Source: Gallionellaceae bacterium UBA2239
GTDB lineage: Bacteria > Pseudomonadota > Gammaproteobacteria > Burkholderiales > UBA9220
DNA length: 64,000 nucleotides
Assembly: GCA_002347615.1 (NCBI GenBank)
Contig: DDYH01000069.1
Location: 96,648 to 160,647, forward strand
Reading direction: 5' to 3'
Shown: positions 10,521 to 19,494 of the stretch, piece after piece
Position numbering within the stretch: the stretch's first letter is position 1
Layout: each line of letters starts with the position of its first letter
Made by a program: the position numbers and the translations under genes
The notes under the pieces: model-generated
The model's database searches: none
Told to the model about the DNA's origin: nothing
Seen by the model: only the letters and a program-made list of their open reading frames with translations

Positions 10521-10533
10521 TTCTAACGGCAAA

Positions 10534-11583
10534 TCAGTCCATCAGCTTGCGGGCTTCGGCCACTTGGCCGCGGTAGGCATCGTAGATGTGGCGCAGGGCG
10601 TCGGCCATGGCGACTTGGGGCTTCCAGCCCAGGTCCTTCATGGTGTTCTCGATCTTCGGCACCCGGTTCTGCACGTCCTGGTAGCCCTTGCCGTAGTAGG
10701 CGTCGGAGGTGACATCCAGCATCTTCACCTTCTGGGCGGTTTCCTTGTACTCCGGGTATTCCAGGGAGAGGTCCAGCATCATCTTGGCCAGTTCCTTCAC
10801 CGAGAAGTTGTTGGTGGGGTTGCCGATGTTGTAGATCTGGCTGGAGGCGACGCCGTCCTTGTTCTCGATGATCTTCATCAGGGCGTCGATACCGTCGGAG
10901 ACGTAGGTGAAGGAGCGTTTGGCCGCGCCGCCATCCACCAGCTTGATGTCTTCGCCTCGCACGATGTGGCCCAGGAACTGGGTGATGACGCGGGAGCTGC
11001 CTTCCTTGGGGGCATTGAGGCTGTCGAGGCCGGCGCCGATCCAGTTGAAGGGGCGGAACAGGGTGAAGGTGAACTTGTATTCCGGCCGCATGGCATAGGC
11101 CCAGATCACGCGGTCCATCAGCTGCTTGGAACAGGAGTAGATCCAGCGCGGCTTGTTGATGGGGCCAAGGATCAGTTCGGAGTTGTCCGGATCGAACTCG
11201 CCGTCCTTGCACATGCCGTAGACTTCGGAGGTGGACGGGAAAATCAGGTGCTTGCCGTACTTCACGCACTGGCGGACGATGGGCAGGTTGGCTTCGAAGT
11301 CCAGTTCGAACACGCGCAGGGGATCCTGGACGTAGGTGGCAGGGGTGGCGATGGCCACCAGGGGCAGCACCACGTCGCACTTTTTCACGTGATACTCGAT
11401 CCACTCCTTGTTGATGGTGATGTCGCCCTCGAAGAACGTGAAGCGGGGGTTGGCCATCAGTTCGGTCACCCGGTCGCTGTACATGTCCATCCCGTAAACC
11501 TCCCAGTCGGTGGTTTCCAGAATGCGCTGGGAGAGGTGATGGCCGATGAAACCGTTTACGCCCAGGATGAGGACTTTTTTCAT
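10534..11583 (-). CDS. UDP-glucuronate oxidative decarboxylase (stand-alone ArnA C-terminal domain homolog)
   Basis: MKKVLILGVNGFIGHHL (GxxGxxG Rossmann) and ..STSEVYGMC.. match the ArnA dehydrogenase domain. The ATG at 11583 was checked in the sequence. Confidence 0.9.
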   Translation of the reverse strand: MKKVLILGVNGFIGHHLSQRILETTDWEVYGMDMYSDRVTELMANPRFTFFEGDITINKEWIEYHVKKCDVVLPLVAIATPATYVQDPLRVFELDFEANLPIVRQCVKYGKHLIFPSTSEVYGMCKDGEFDPDNSELILGPINKPRWIYSCSKQLMDRVIWAYAMRPEYKFTFTLFRPFNWIGAGLDSLNAPKEGSSRVITQFLGHIVRGEDIKLVDGGAAKRSFTYVSDGIDALMKIIENKDGVASSQIYNIGNPTNNFSVKELAKMMLDLSLEYPEYKETAQKVKMLDVTSDAYYGKGYQDVQNRVPKIENTMKDLGWKPQVAMADALRHIYDAYRGQVAEARKLMD

Positions 11584-11627
11584 TGTGTTCCCTTGATAAT
11601 TGGCCGAAACGCGTAACGCGCACCGAT

Positions 11628-12560
11628 TTAAAAATCCAGGTCGAAGGGCACGGGATCGGCACCGTGCCGTGCGACAAACTCTTCTGCCGTTAAATGTTTT
11701 CCATCCAGCTCGAAATCCAGCACCTTCAATACGCCGCCATCGCCGCATTCGGCAAAGCAGCAGCCGCTTTCGCAGTAAAACGTGGGGAAACCGGCGCGGG
11801 CAGCGCGGGTGGCATCGAGCCGTGTTTTCAATAGGCGCATGGGCAAGCCGGCCAGCCGCGTGAACGCCCCCGGATAGGGCGGCGCCACGGCGCGGACCAG
11901 GTTGTGGATGGTCCCTGCGCTCTGTTTCCAGTCGATTTTACCATCTTCCGGCTTCCGTCCGCCAAAATAGCCGCCCTGGCTCAAATCCTGAGGCTTCAAC
12001 ACCGCCGTTCCGGCCAGCAATCCGGGCAGGCAGCGGTCCAGGCACACCTCGGCGGCGCAGGTGACCTTGTGGAACACCTCGAAGGCCGTGTCGTCGGGCA
12101 GGATGGGCACCGCCTGCTGGTCCACCAGGGCGCCGTTGTCCGGTTTTTCGTTCATCACGTGCAGCGTCGCCCCGGCTTCTTTTTCCCCCCGGATCACCGC
12201 CCAGTTCACCGGCACCCGGCCCCGGTATTGGGGCAGCAGGGAGCCGTGCATGTTGAAGGCGCCCTGGGGCGGAATGTCCAGCAGGCCCTTTTTCAGCATG
12301 TTGCGGTAGTAGAAGGAGAACAGGAAATCCGGCTTCGCTGCTTCGACTTGGGCCATCACCCCCGGCGTATTGGGGTCGTCCGGGGTGATGAAGGGAATGT
12401 CGTAGTCGGCCGCCAACTGGGCGACGCTGTCGAACCAGATGGTTTCGGACGGGTTGTCGGTGTGGGTGACGATCAGGGGAATTTCCACCCCGTGGGCCAA
12501 CAGCACTTTGAGGCAACGAACGCCGACGTTGTGGTAGGCGAAAACGACGGCACGGCTCAT
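11628..12560 (-). CDS. UDP-4-amino-4-deoxy-L-arabinose formyltransferase (stand-alone ArnA N-terminal domain homolog)
   Basis: MSRAVVFAYHNVGVRCLKVLLAHGVEIPLIVTH.. and ..NMHGSLLPQYRGRVPVNWA (formyltransferase HxSLLPxxRG motif). Confidence 0.9.
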   Translation of the reverse strand: MSRAVVFAYHNVGVRCLKVLLAHGVEIPLIVTHTDNPSETIWFDSVAQLAADYDIPFITPDDPNTPGVMAQVEAAKPDFLFSFYYRNMLKKGLLDIPPQGAFNMHGSLLPQYRGRVPVNWAVIRGEKEAGATLHVMNEKPDNGALVDQQAVPILPDDTAFEVFHKVTCAAEVCLDRCLPGLLAGTAVLKPQDLSQGGYFGGRKPEDGKIDWKQSAGTIHNLVRAVAPPYPGAFTRLAGLPMRLLKTRLDATRAARAGFPTFYCESGCCFAECGDGGVLKVLDFELDGKHLTAEEFVARHGADPVPFDLDF

Positions 12561-13495
12561 TCGGATTTTTCCAGCACGGCGTCAACCAAATAGCGCGGGC
12601 GATGACGCACCTGCTGATAGATCCGGCCGATGTATTCCCCCAGGAGACCGATGCCGAACAGGGTCACGCCGATGAGGAAGAAGGCGATGGCGAACAGGGT
12701 GAACAGTCCTTCCGCCTCGGGGCCGACGATCAGGCGGCGGATGGCAAGGAAGACCACGAAGACGGCGGAGAAAATGGACACCGCGATGCCCACCATGGAG
12801 AACCATTGCAGGGGCACCAGGGAAAAGCCGGTCATGAGGTCGAAATTGAGGCGGATCAGGCTGTAGAGGGAGTATTTGGATTCCCCCGCGGCCCGCTCCT
12901 CGTGCTCCACCACCACTTCCGTCGGGCGCTGGGCGAAGGTATAGGCCAGGGCGGGAATGAAGGTGCTGACTTCCTTGCAGGAATTGATGGCGTCGACGAT
13001 GTGGCGGTTGTAGGCCCGCAGCATGCATCCCTGGTCGGTCATCTTGATGCGGGTGATCTTCTCCCGCAGGCGATTCATGGCGCGGGAAGCCACGTGGCGC
13101 CACCAACTGTCGCTGCGCTGCTTGCGGATGGAGCCCACGTAGTCGTAACCCTCATCCATCTTGGCCAGAAGCTTGCCGATTTCCTCCGGCGGGTTTTGCA
13201 GGTCCGCATCCAGGGTGACGATGCGGCTGCCCCGGCAATGCTCGAAACCCGCCATGATCGCCATGTGCTGGCCGAAGTTGGCGCCGAACAGGATCACCCG
13301 GGTCACGTCGGGGCGCTTCTGGAACTGCTCCCGCAGGATGGCGGCGGAGCGGTCCTTGCTGCCGTCGTTGACGAACACGATCTCGTAGCGGATTCCCAGC
13401 CTGTCCATGGCCGGGTAGAGGCGGTCGAACAGGACCTGGAGACCTTCCTCCTCGTTGTAGACCGGAATGATGACGGAGACGTCGGGTTGGCTCAT
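12557..13495 (-). CDS. arnC: Undecaprenyl-phosphate 4-deoxy-4-formamido-L-arabinose transferase (GT2)
   Basis: VSVIIPVYNEEEGL..IVFVNDGSKDRS..TLDADLQNPPEEI plus C-terminal TM helices. ATGA overlap with the arnB stop. Confidence 0.9.
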   Translation of the reverse strand: MSQPDVSVIIPVYNEEEGLQVLFDRLYPAMDRLGIRYEIVFVNDGSKDRSAAILREQFQKRPDVTRVILFGANFGQHMAIMAGFEHCRGSRIVTLDADLQNPPEEIGKLLAKMDEGYDYVGSIRKQRSDSWWRHVASRAMNRLREKITRIKMTDQGCMLRAYNRHIVDAINSCKEVSTFIPALAYTFAQRPTEVVVEHEERAAGESKYSLYSLIRLNFDLMTGFSLVPLQWFSMVGIAVSIFSAVFVVFLAIRRLIVGPEAEGLFTLFAIAFFLIGVTLFGIGLLGEYIGRIYQQVRHRPRYLVDAVLEKSE

Positions 13496-14625
13496 TGCTT
13501 GGCCTCCTGGAGTATCTCTTTGACGGCGGCGCACACCCGGTCCACGTCGGCTTCGGCCATGGCCGGGAACAGGGGCAGGGTCACGGTTTCGCGGCCGATG
13601 CGCTCGGCGTTGGGGAAGTCGCCTTCCTTGTGGCCCAGCCCCCGGTAGAGGCTGAACAAGTGCAGCGCCGGATAATGGATGCCGACGCCGATGCCCCGCT
13701 CGTGCATTTTCCGGATGAATTCCTTGCGGCCGATTTTCAACCGGTCCAGGGGCAGCAGGGGCGCGAACATGTGCCAGCTGTGGCCCTCGTCGCCCCGGGC
13801 CGGCAGCAGAAAGGCCGGATCGGTGTTCAGCTGCTCGAAGTAGCGGGCCACCAGCTTGCGGCGCTGGGCATTGAAGGCGTCGATGTGGGGCAGCTGGCCC
13901 ACGCCGACCCGGGCGGCCACGTCGGACAGGTTGTACTTGCCCCCGGCGACGCTCACGTCCATGTCGCCCTCGGCGTCCCGGGAAATGCCGTGGAAGCGCA
14001 GCTTGTCGAACAGGGCCAGCTCGTCGCTATTGGCGAAGGACAGGGCGCCGCCCTCGATGGTGGTCATGTTCTTGTTGGGGTGGAAGCTGAAGGACACGAT
14101 ATCGCCGAAGCTGCCGATTTTCTTTCCCTCCCAGGCGGAGCCGATGGCGTGGGCGGCGTCTTCGATCACCCGCAGCTTGTGGCGTTTGGCCAGGTCGTAG
14201 AGGGCATCCATGTCCAGGGGCAGGCCGGAAAAGTGCACCGGCATCAGAGCCTTGGTTTTCGGCGTGATGGCGGCTTCCGCCTGGGCCAGATTCATGTTGC
14301 GGCTGTCCAGGTCCACGTCCACGAACACCGGCTTGGCTCCCACGCGCATGATGACGTTGGGGGTGGCGGTGAAGCTCATGGCCGGGGTGATGACCTCATC
14401 GCCGGGGCTGATGCCGCATACCTGCAAGGCCACTTCCAGGCCCCCGGTGGCGGAGGTGAGGGAGCGCACCGGACGCCCCCCCAGGTAGTCGGACAGGCCC
14501 TTTTCGAATTTCTGGACGTTGGGCCCGCTGGCCAGCCAGCCGGAGCGCAGCACCTCGACCACCCCCTGGATGGTTTCCTCGTCCAGGGTGGGGCGGGTGA
14601 AGGGAAGGTAATTGGTCGTCGTCAT
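13492..14625 (-). CDS. arnB: UDP-4-amino-4-deoxy-L-arabinose--oxoglutarate aminotransferase (DegT/DnrJ family)
   Basis: LPFTRPTLDEETIQGVVEVLRSGWLASGPNVQKFE.. and FSFHPNKNMT (PLP-Lys motif). The real ATG is at 14625; the upstream part of the 512-aa track ORF overlaps the GNAT gene out of frame. Confidence 0.9.
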   Translation of the reverse strand: MTTTNYLPFTRPTLDEETIQGVVEVLRSGWLASGPNVQKFEKGLSDYLGGRPVRSLTSATGGLEVALQVCGISPGDEVITPAMSFTATPNVIMRVGAKPVFVDVDLDSRNMNLAQAEAAITPKTKALMPVHFSGLPLDMDALYDLAKRHKLRVIEDAAHAIGSAWEGKKIGSFGDIVSFSFHPNKNMTTIEGGALSFANSDELALFDKLRFHGISRDAEGDMDVSVAGGKYNLSDVAARVGVGQLPHIDAFNAQRRKLVARYFEQLNTDPAFLLPARGDEGHSWHMFAPLLPLDRLKIGRKEFIRKMHERGIGVGIHYPALHLFSLYRGLGHKEGDFPNAERIGRETVTLPLFPAMAEADVDRVCAAVKEILQEAKQ

Positions 14626-15158
14626 GCAGCCTGGGAATGTTGCGCCTGCCATTGGGCGCGGTTCAGTCGAAAGTGGCCGATGGGCTCGTCGGCCGGCCAT
14701 TTGGGGTCGCAGCCGTTGCTGGTTTCGGCGAATTTGTTGAAGCCCAGCTTTTCCAGCACCCGCAAGGACGCGGGGTTGCGCAGCAGGCAGCAGGCTTCCA
14801 CCGTGTCCACCGGCAGCTCGTCGAATCCGTATTGCAGCGCCTGGGCGCCAGCTTCCGTGGCGTAGCCCTGGCCCCAAAAAGGTTGGGCGATCCAGTAGCC
14901 GAACTGGCAACGGCGAGCCATGCCGTCGATGCCGGTCAAGCCGCAACTGCCGATGCACCGCCCGTCCAGGGTCACCGCGAAATGGATGCCGGAGCCGGCT
15001 TCCCGTTCGCCTTCCGCCCAGGCCAGCCACTGCTCGGCGCCGTCGGCGGGGTAGGGGGTGGGGACGTTGGAGAGGGCGCCGATGGCGGGGTCGGAGGCGT
15101 AGCGCTGGATGGCCGCCACGTGCCGTTGATGGGCAAATTCGAGTGCGATGCCGGCCAT
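14622..15158 (-). CDS. GNAT family N-acetyltransferase (RimJ/RimL-like) embedded in the arn operon
   Basis: ..CQFGYWIAQPFWGQGYATEAGAQALQYGFDEL..NPASLRVLEKLGF is a GNAT acetyl-CoA binding core. The stop overlaps the arnB ATG (ATGA). Confidence 0.8.
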   Translation of the reverse strand: MAGIALEFAHQRHVAAIQRYASDPAIGALSNVPTPYPADGAEQWLAWAEGEREAGSGIHFAVTLDGRCIGSCGLTGIDGMARRCQFGYWIAQPFWGQGYATEAGAQALQYGFDELPVDTVEACCLLRNPASLRVLEKLGFNKFAETSNGCDPKWPADEPIGHFRLNRAQWQAQHSQAA

Positions 15159-15165
15159 CTTTTTG

Positions 15166-15537
15166 TCAGCTGCGGGCCACGATATAAACGCCGACGATTA
15201 TAACGCCGATGCCCAGCATGCGGGTGAGGGACACCGCCTCGCCGAACAGCCACCAGGCGGCGATGGCATTGACCACGTAGCCGATGGACAGCATCGGGTA
15301 GGCGATGCTGACCTCCACCCGGGACAGGGCCATGATCCATACCACCACGCTCACCGCGTAGCAGGCCAGGCCGCCGAAGATGTGGGGCTGGGTGCCGATC
15401 TGCCAGCCGAGGGGAAGAATGTTGTCCCGGGTGAAGCTGACGACGCCGAGCTGGTTGGTCCCGGCCTTGAGCAGCAACTGGGCGGCGGCGTTGAGCAGCA
15501 CGCCGGTCAGGACGAGGGAAAAGCTGAACAGGTTCAT
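15166..15537 (-). CDS. Small 4-TM EamA/SMR-like membrane protein, ArnE/ArnF-like flippase subunit
   Basis: 123 aa: MNLFSFSLVLTGVLLNAAAQLLLKAG...VIIVGVYIVARS, hydrophobic throughout. ATGA overlap with the arnT stop. Confidence 0.7.
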   Translation of the reverse strand: MNLFSFSLVLTGVLLNAAAQLLLKAGTNQLGVVSFTRDNILPLGWQIGTQPHIFGGLACYAVSVVVWIMALSRVEVSIAYPMLSIGYVVNAIAAWWLFGEAVSLTRMLGIGVIIVGVYIVARS

Positions 15538-17186
15538 GGTTTCCTCACCACCACGCGGCGGGTGTCGCGGGCGATTTCCTCCATCGGCAACCCCTCCTGC
15601 GCCATCCGGTTGTACATATCGGGATTCATGATGGCCAGGGCCTCGGGTTGTTCGCGCCACCGTTGTTTGAAGGTTTCGATCTTCGGGACCCACTTGTCCG
15701 GCTCCTGCTGGAAGCCGAACTCCAGTTCGCCCTGCCACGCCACCACCGTTACCGTGCGCTTGATGTAGAAGGGCAAAGTCTGTTCGTACATGCCCACGCT
15801 GTAGAACGGGATGCCCGGCTTGAGATGGGGTTGGATCCGCGGCACCAGGTGGTAGGCGGAACTGGCCGGAGACAGCGCGTCGTGGCCGGTGAGGATAAGT
15901 TGCGACGCCACCAGTCCGGTGAAGCCCAGGGCGATAATCGCCTGAGTGATCTTCTGCCGCCGGCTCCAGTAGAGGGCCAGCAGGGTGCCGCCGAGAAGCG
16001 TGCCGGCGGCGGCGATGACCCAGGGAACGTAGCCCTGGTAAAGCGTATTCGGCACCTCCTTGTTGCCCAGGGTGCCCACCTCCGGCGCCAGCCACAAGGC
16101 GACCACGGCCAGCAGCGCCAGGGGAGCGGTCTGCCAGAACAGGGCCCGGCCGGAAAGCTTCGTCAGCCGCTCGCCGATGAGCAGGGCCAGGGCCGGGAAA
16201 ATGGGCAGGATGTAGCTGGGCATCTTGGAATCGGAGATGGAGAAGAAGAAATAGATGAACACCGACCAGATCAGCAGGAAACGCTTGGGCTGGAAAGTGC
16301 GCTTGCCGTCGGTTTTCCACGCGCGCATCAGGGCGTCGGCCATGGGAACCACCCAGGGCAGCATTCCCTCCAGCAGGATGGGCACGAAGTAGTACCAGGG
16401 CTGGTAGCGGCCGTGGACCTTGGTCAGGAAGCGCTCAAAGTGCTCGTGGATGAAGAAGAAGTGGAAGAACTCCGGGTTGGCCAGGGACACCGCCACGAAC
16501 CAGGGGACGGTGATGGCGAAGAACAGCAGCAGCCCGGTGATCAGATGCAGCCGGGTCCACAGCCGCCAGTCCCGCTGGATCAGGGTGTAGAGCACCAGCA
16601 CCGCGCCGGGCAGCACCAGGCCGATGAGCCCCTTGCTCAGCACCGAAAAAGCCAGGGCCGCCCAGGTGACGTGCATCCACAGGCGGTTTTCCTTTGCCGG
16701 GACGTTGGGCCGGTGGGCCAGAAGAAAGCCGCACAGCCCCAGGCCCATGAAAAAGCTGACCCCCATGTCCAGGGTATTGATGTGGCCGATCAGCACGTAC
16801 AACAGACTGCCGGCCAGCACCGCGGCGGCGTAGAGGCCGGCGGTGGCGCCGAACAGCTTCCGCCCCGCGAAGCCCACCATCAGGATGCCCAGGAAACCGG
16901 TCAGGGCCGGCCACAGGCGGGCGGTCCAATGGTGCTCGCCGAAGGCGGTGTAGGCGGCGGCGGTGGCCCAGTACTGGAGGGCGGGTTTTTCGAAGTATTT
17001 GACGCCATTGAGGCGGGGAGTGGTCCAGTCGCCGCTGACCGCCATTTCCCGGGGGATTTCCGCGTAGCGGCCTTCGTCCGGGCGCACCAGCTTGCGGTAT
17101 TCGAGGTTGCTGAACCAGACGGCGATGAAGGCGGCCAATAGCAACAGCAGGGTGCCTCGGCGCAGGGAAGGGGAAGTGGCGGACAT
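15534..17186 (-). CDS. arnT: 4-amino-4-deoxy-L-arabinose lipid A transferase (GT39/GT83)
   Basis: RPDEGRYAEIPREMAVSGDWTTPRLNGVKYFEKPALQYW is the characteristic ArnT/PMT N-terminal loop, followed by a multi-TM body. Confidence 0.9.
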   Translation of the reverse strand: MSATSPSLRRGTLLLLLAAFIAVWFSNLEYRKLVRPDEGRYAEIPREMAVSGDWTTPRLNGVKYFEKPALQYWATAAAYTAFGEHHWTARLWPALTGFLGILMVGFAGRKLFGATAGLYAAAVLAGSLLYVLIGHINTLDMGVSFFMGLGLCGFLLAHRPNVPAKENRLWMHVTWAALAFSVLSKGLIGLVLPGAVLVLYTLIQRDWRLWTRLHLITGLLLFFAITVPWFVAVSLANPEFFHFFFIHEHFERFLTKVHGRYQPWYYFVPILLEGMLPWVVPMADALMRAWKTDGKRTFQPKRFLLIWSVFIYFFFSISDSKMPSYILPIFPALALLIGERLTKLSGRALFWQTAPLALLAVVALWLAPEVGTLGNKEVPNTLYQGYVPWVIAAAGTLLGGTLLALYWSRRQKITQAIIALGFTGLVASQLILTGHDALSPASSAYHLVPRIQPHLKPGIPFYSVGMYEQTLPFYIKRTVTVVAWQGELEFGFQQEPDKWVPKIETFKQRWREQPEALAIMNPDMYNRMAQEGLPMEEIARDTRRVVVRKP

Positions 17187-17252
17187 CCGGTAATGGTGTG
17201 TTTTATAAAGGACCGGATTATATCCCGAACCCCTATGGGGGATATAGTCCGA

Positions 17253-17828
17253 CTAAGCGCTTGCCTTGAGCAGCACCAGCGCCGCACCGCCGCCGCCGTC
17301 GGCGGGACTGGCTTGGCAGAAGGCCAGCACTTCCTCCCGCTGCATCAACCAGTTCCTCACTTTGATCTTGAGCACCGGCTCCTTGTTCTTGGAGCACAGT
17401 CCCTTGCCGTGGATGATGCGCACGCAGCGCAGGCCGCGCTTCTTGCATTGATTGAGGAATTCGGCCAGTTGGAGCCGGGCCTCGTCGCTGGTGTAGCCGT
17501 GGAGGTCCAGTTGGGCTTCGATCACCCAGTGGCCGCTGCGCAGGCGCCGCAGGGTCTGGCGATTCAGGCCGGGGCGGCGGAACACCAACTCGGCACCGCT
17601 GTCCAGGTTGTCGTACCAGGGAATGTTGTCGCTTAAACCATCGACTGTTTCCACCTGCTCGTCGAGCGCGAGCGGGCGCGGTTCCGGCCAGGGGCGTTGC
17701 GGGGTCTGGCGGATGCGGTTGAGTCCGCGCAACGGACGGACATCGGCGACCGCCTGGCGGAACAGCGCGACCTCCTCTTCCGACAGGGGCGCCGGCGCTT
17801 TGGCGCGGCGCGGACGCTTGCCGATCAC
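17253..17828 (-). CDS. smrB: Smr-domain endonuclease, SmrB-like
   Basis: C-terminal Smr domain (LDLHGYTSDEARLQL..VRIIHGKG..). The N-terminal LSEEEVALFRQAV resembles E. coli SmrB as I recall it. GTG start overlaps the upstream stop (GTGA). Confidence 0.75.
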   Translation of the reverse strand: MIGKRPRRAKAPAPLSEEEVALFRQAVADVRPLRGLNRIRQTPQRPWPEPRPLALDEQVETVDGLSDNIPWYDNLDSGAELVFRRPGLNRQTLRRLRSGHWVIEAQLDLHGYTSDEARLQLAEFLNQCKKRGLRCVRIIHGKGLCSKNKEPVLKIKVRNWLMQREEVLAFCQASPADGGGGAALVLLKASA

Positions 17829-18205
17829 TTCGCCAGCGCTACCGGCACATAGGGACTGGCTGGATTGACGGCCAGCGTCTGGGTAGCAGGGGAAAGAACG
17901 AGATCCATCATCTCCATCGGCACGGCGCCGAACAAGGGTTCGTCGCCCATGACCGGCGCCGAGAGGTCGCAGTAACGGTCGGCGAAATGGACCCGCAGGG
18001 GACCGGTCATCGGTACGGCCTTGTGGGAGCCATCGGCCAGAATCACCTCACGCGTACTGACCTCGGTAATATCGAAACCGAGCTGCACCGCTAAATGTTC
18101 GGGTACCGTCAGAAAGACCGAACCCGAATCAACCAGCGCTTTGACGTCGAGCCGCCGCTTCTGGAAGAGGCTTTCGATGCCGATATCCGCGTAGGTGATT
18201 CCCAT
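17825..18205 (-). CDS. Retropepsin-like (clan AA) aspartic protease, single domain
   Basis: 126 aa with KALVDSGSVFLTVP (D-S-G-S active-site signature) and a later LFGAVPMEMMDLVL pattern, typical of bacterial retropepsin-like proteins. Confidence 0.6.
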   Translation of the reverse strand: MGITYADIGIESLFQKRRLDVKALVDSGSVFLTVPEHLAVQLGFDITEVSTREVILADGSHKAVPMTGPLRVHFADRYCDLSAPVMGDEPLFGAVPMEMMDLVLSPATQTLAVNPASPYVPVALAK

Positions 18206-18227
18206 GGTTATCCCCCAGGTAATTTAG

Positions 18228-19388
<1,161 letters not shown>

Positions 19389-19494
19389 TAATTGCTGGGC
19401 ATTGTACCAAGAATGCCTGGCGGGTGGATGGCGTCTAAAACGATCAGCCGCCCATTCGGGTTATAATCGGGCGATCTCATAAGCTCGATAGCCG

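Noticed and set aside
13492-15030. Long N-terminal extensions in the track ORFs for arnB (512 aa), bamB (586 aa), the pilW-like gene (552 aa), the ArnE/F-like gene (384 aa), ndk (236 aa), mltF (525 aa) and others.
   Set aside because: The extensions overlap the upstream genes in another frame and are R/P/G-rich. Internal ATG or GTG codons give N-termini matching the known families and produce the typical 1-4 nt operon overlaps.
17187-17252. A possible PmrA/BasR box or terminator in the 66-bp gap between smrB and arnT (TATATCCC..GGGATATA hairpin, TATAAT-like hexamers).
   Set aside because: There is no CTTAAT-N5-CTTAAT-type direct repeat, and the hairpin lacks a U-tract. Promoter and terminator assignment is too ambiguous by eye.
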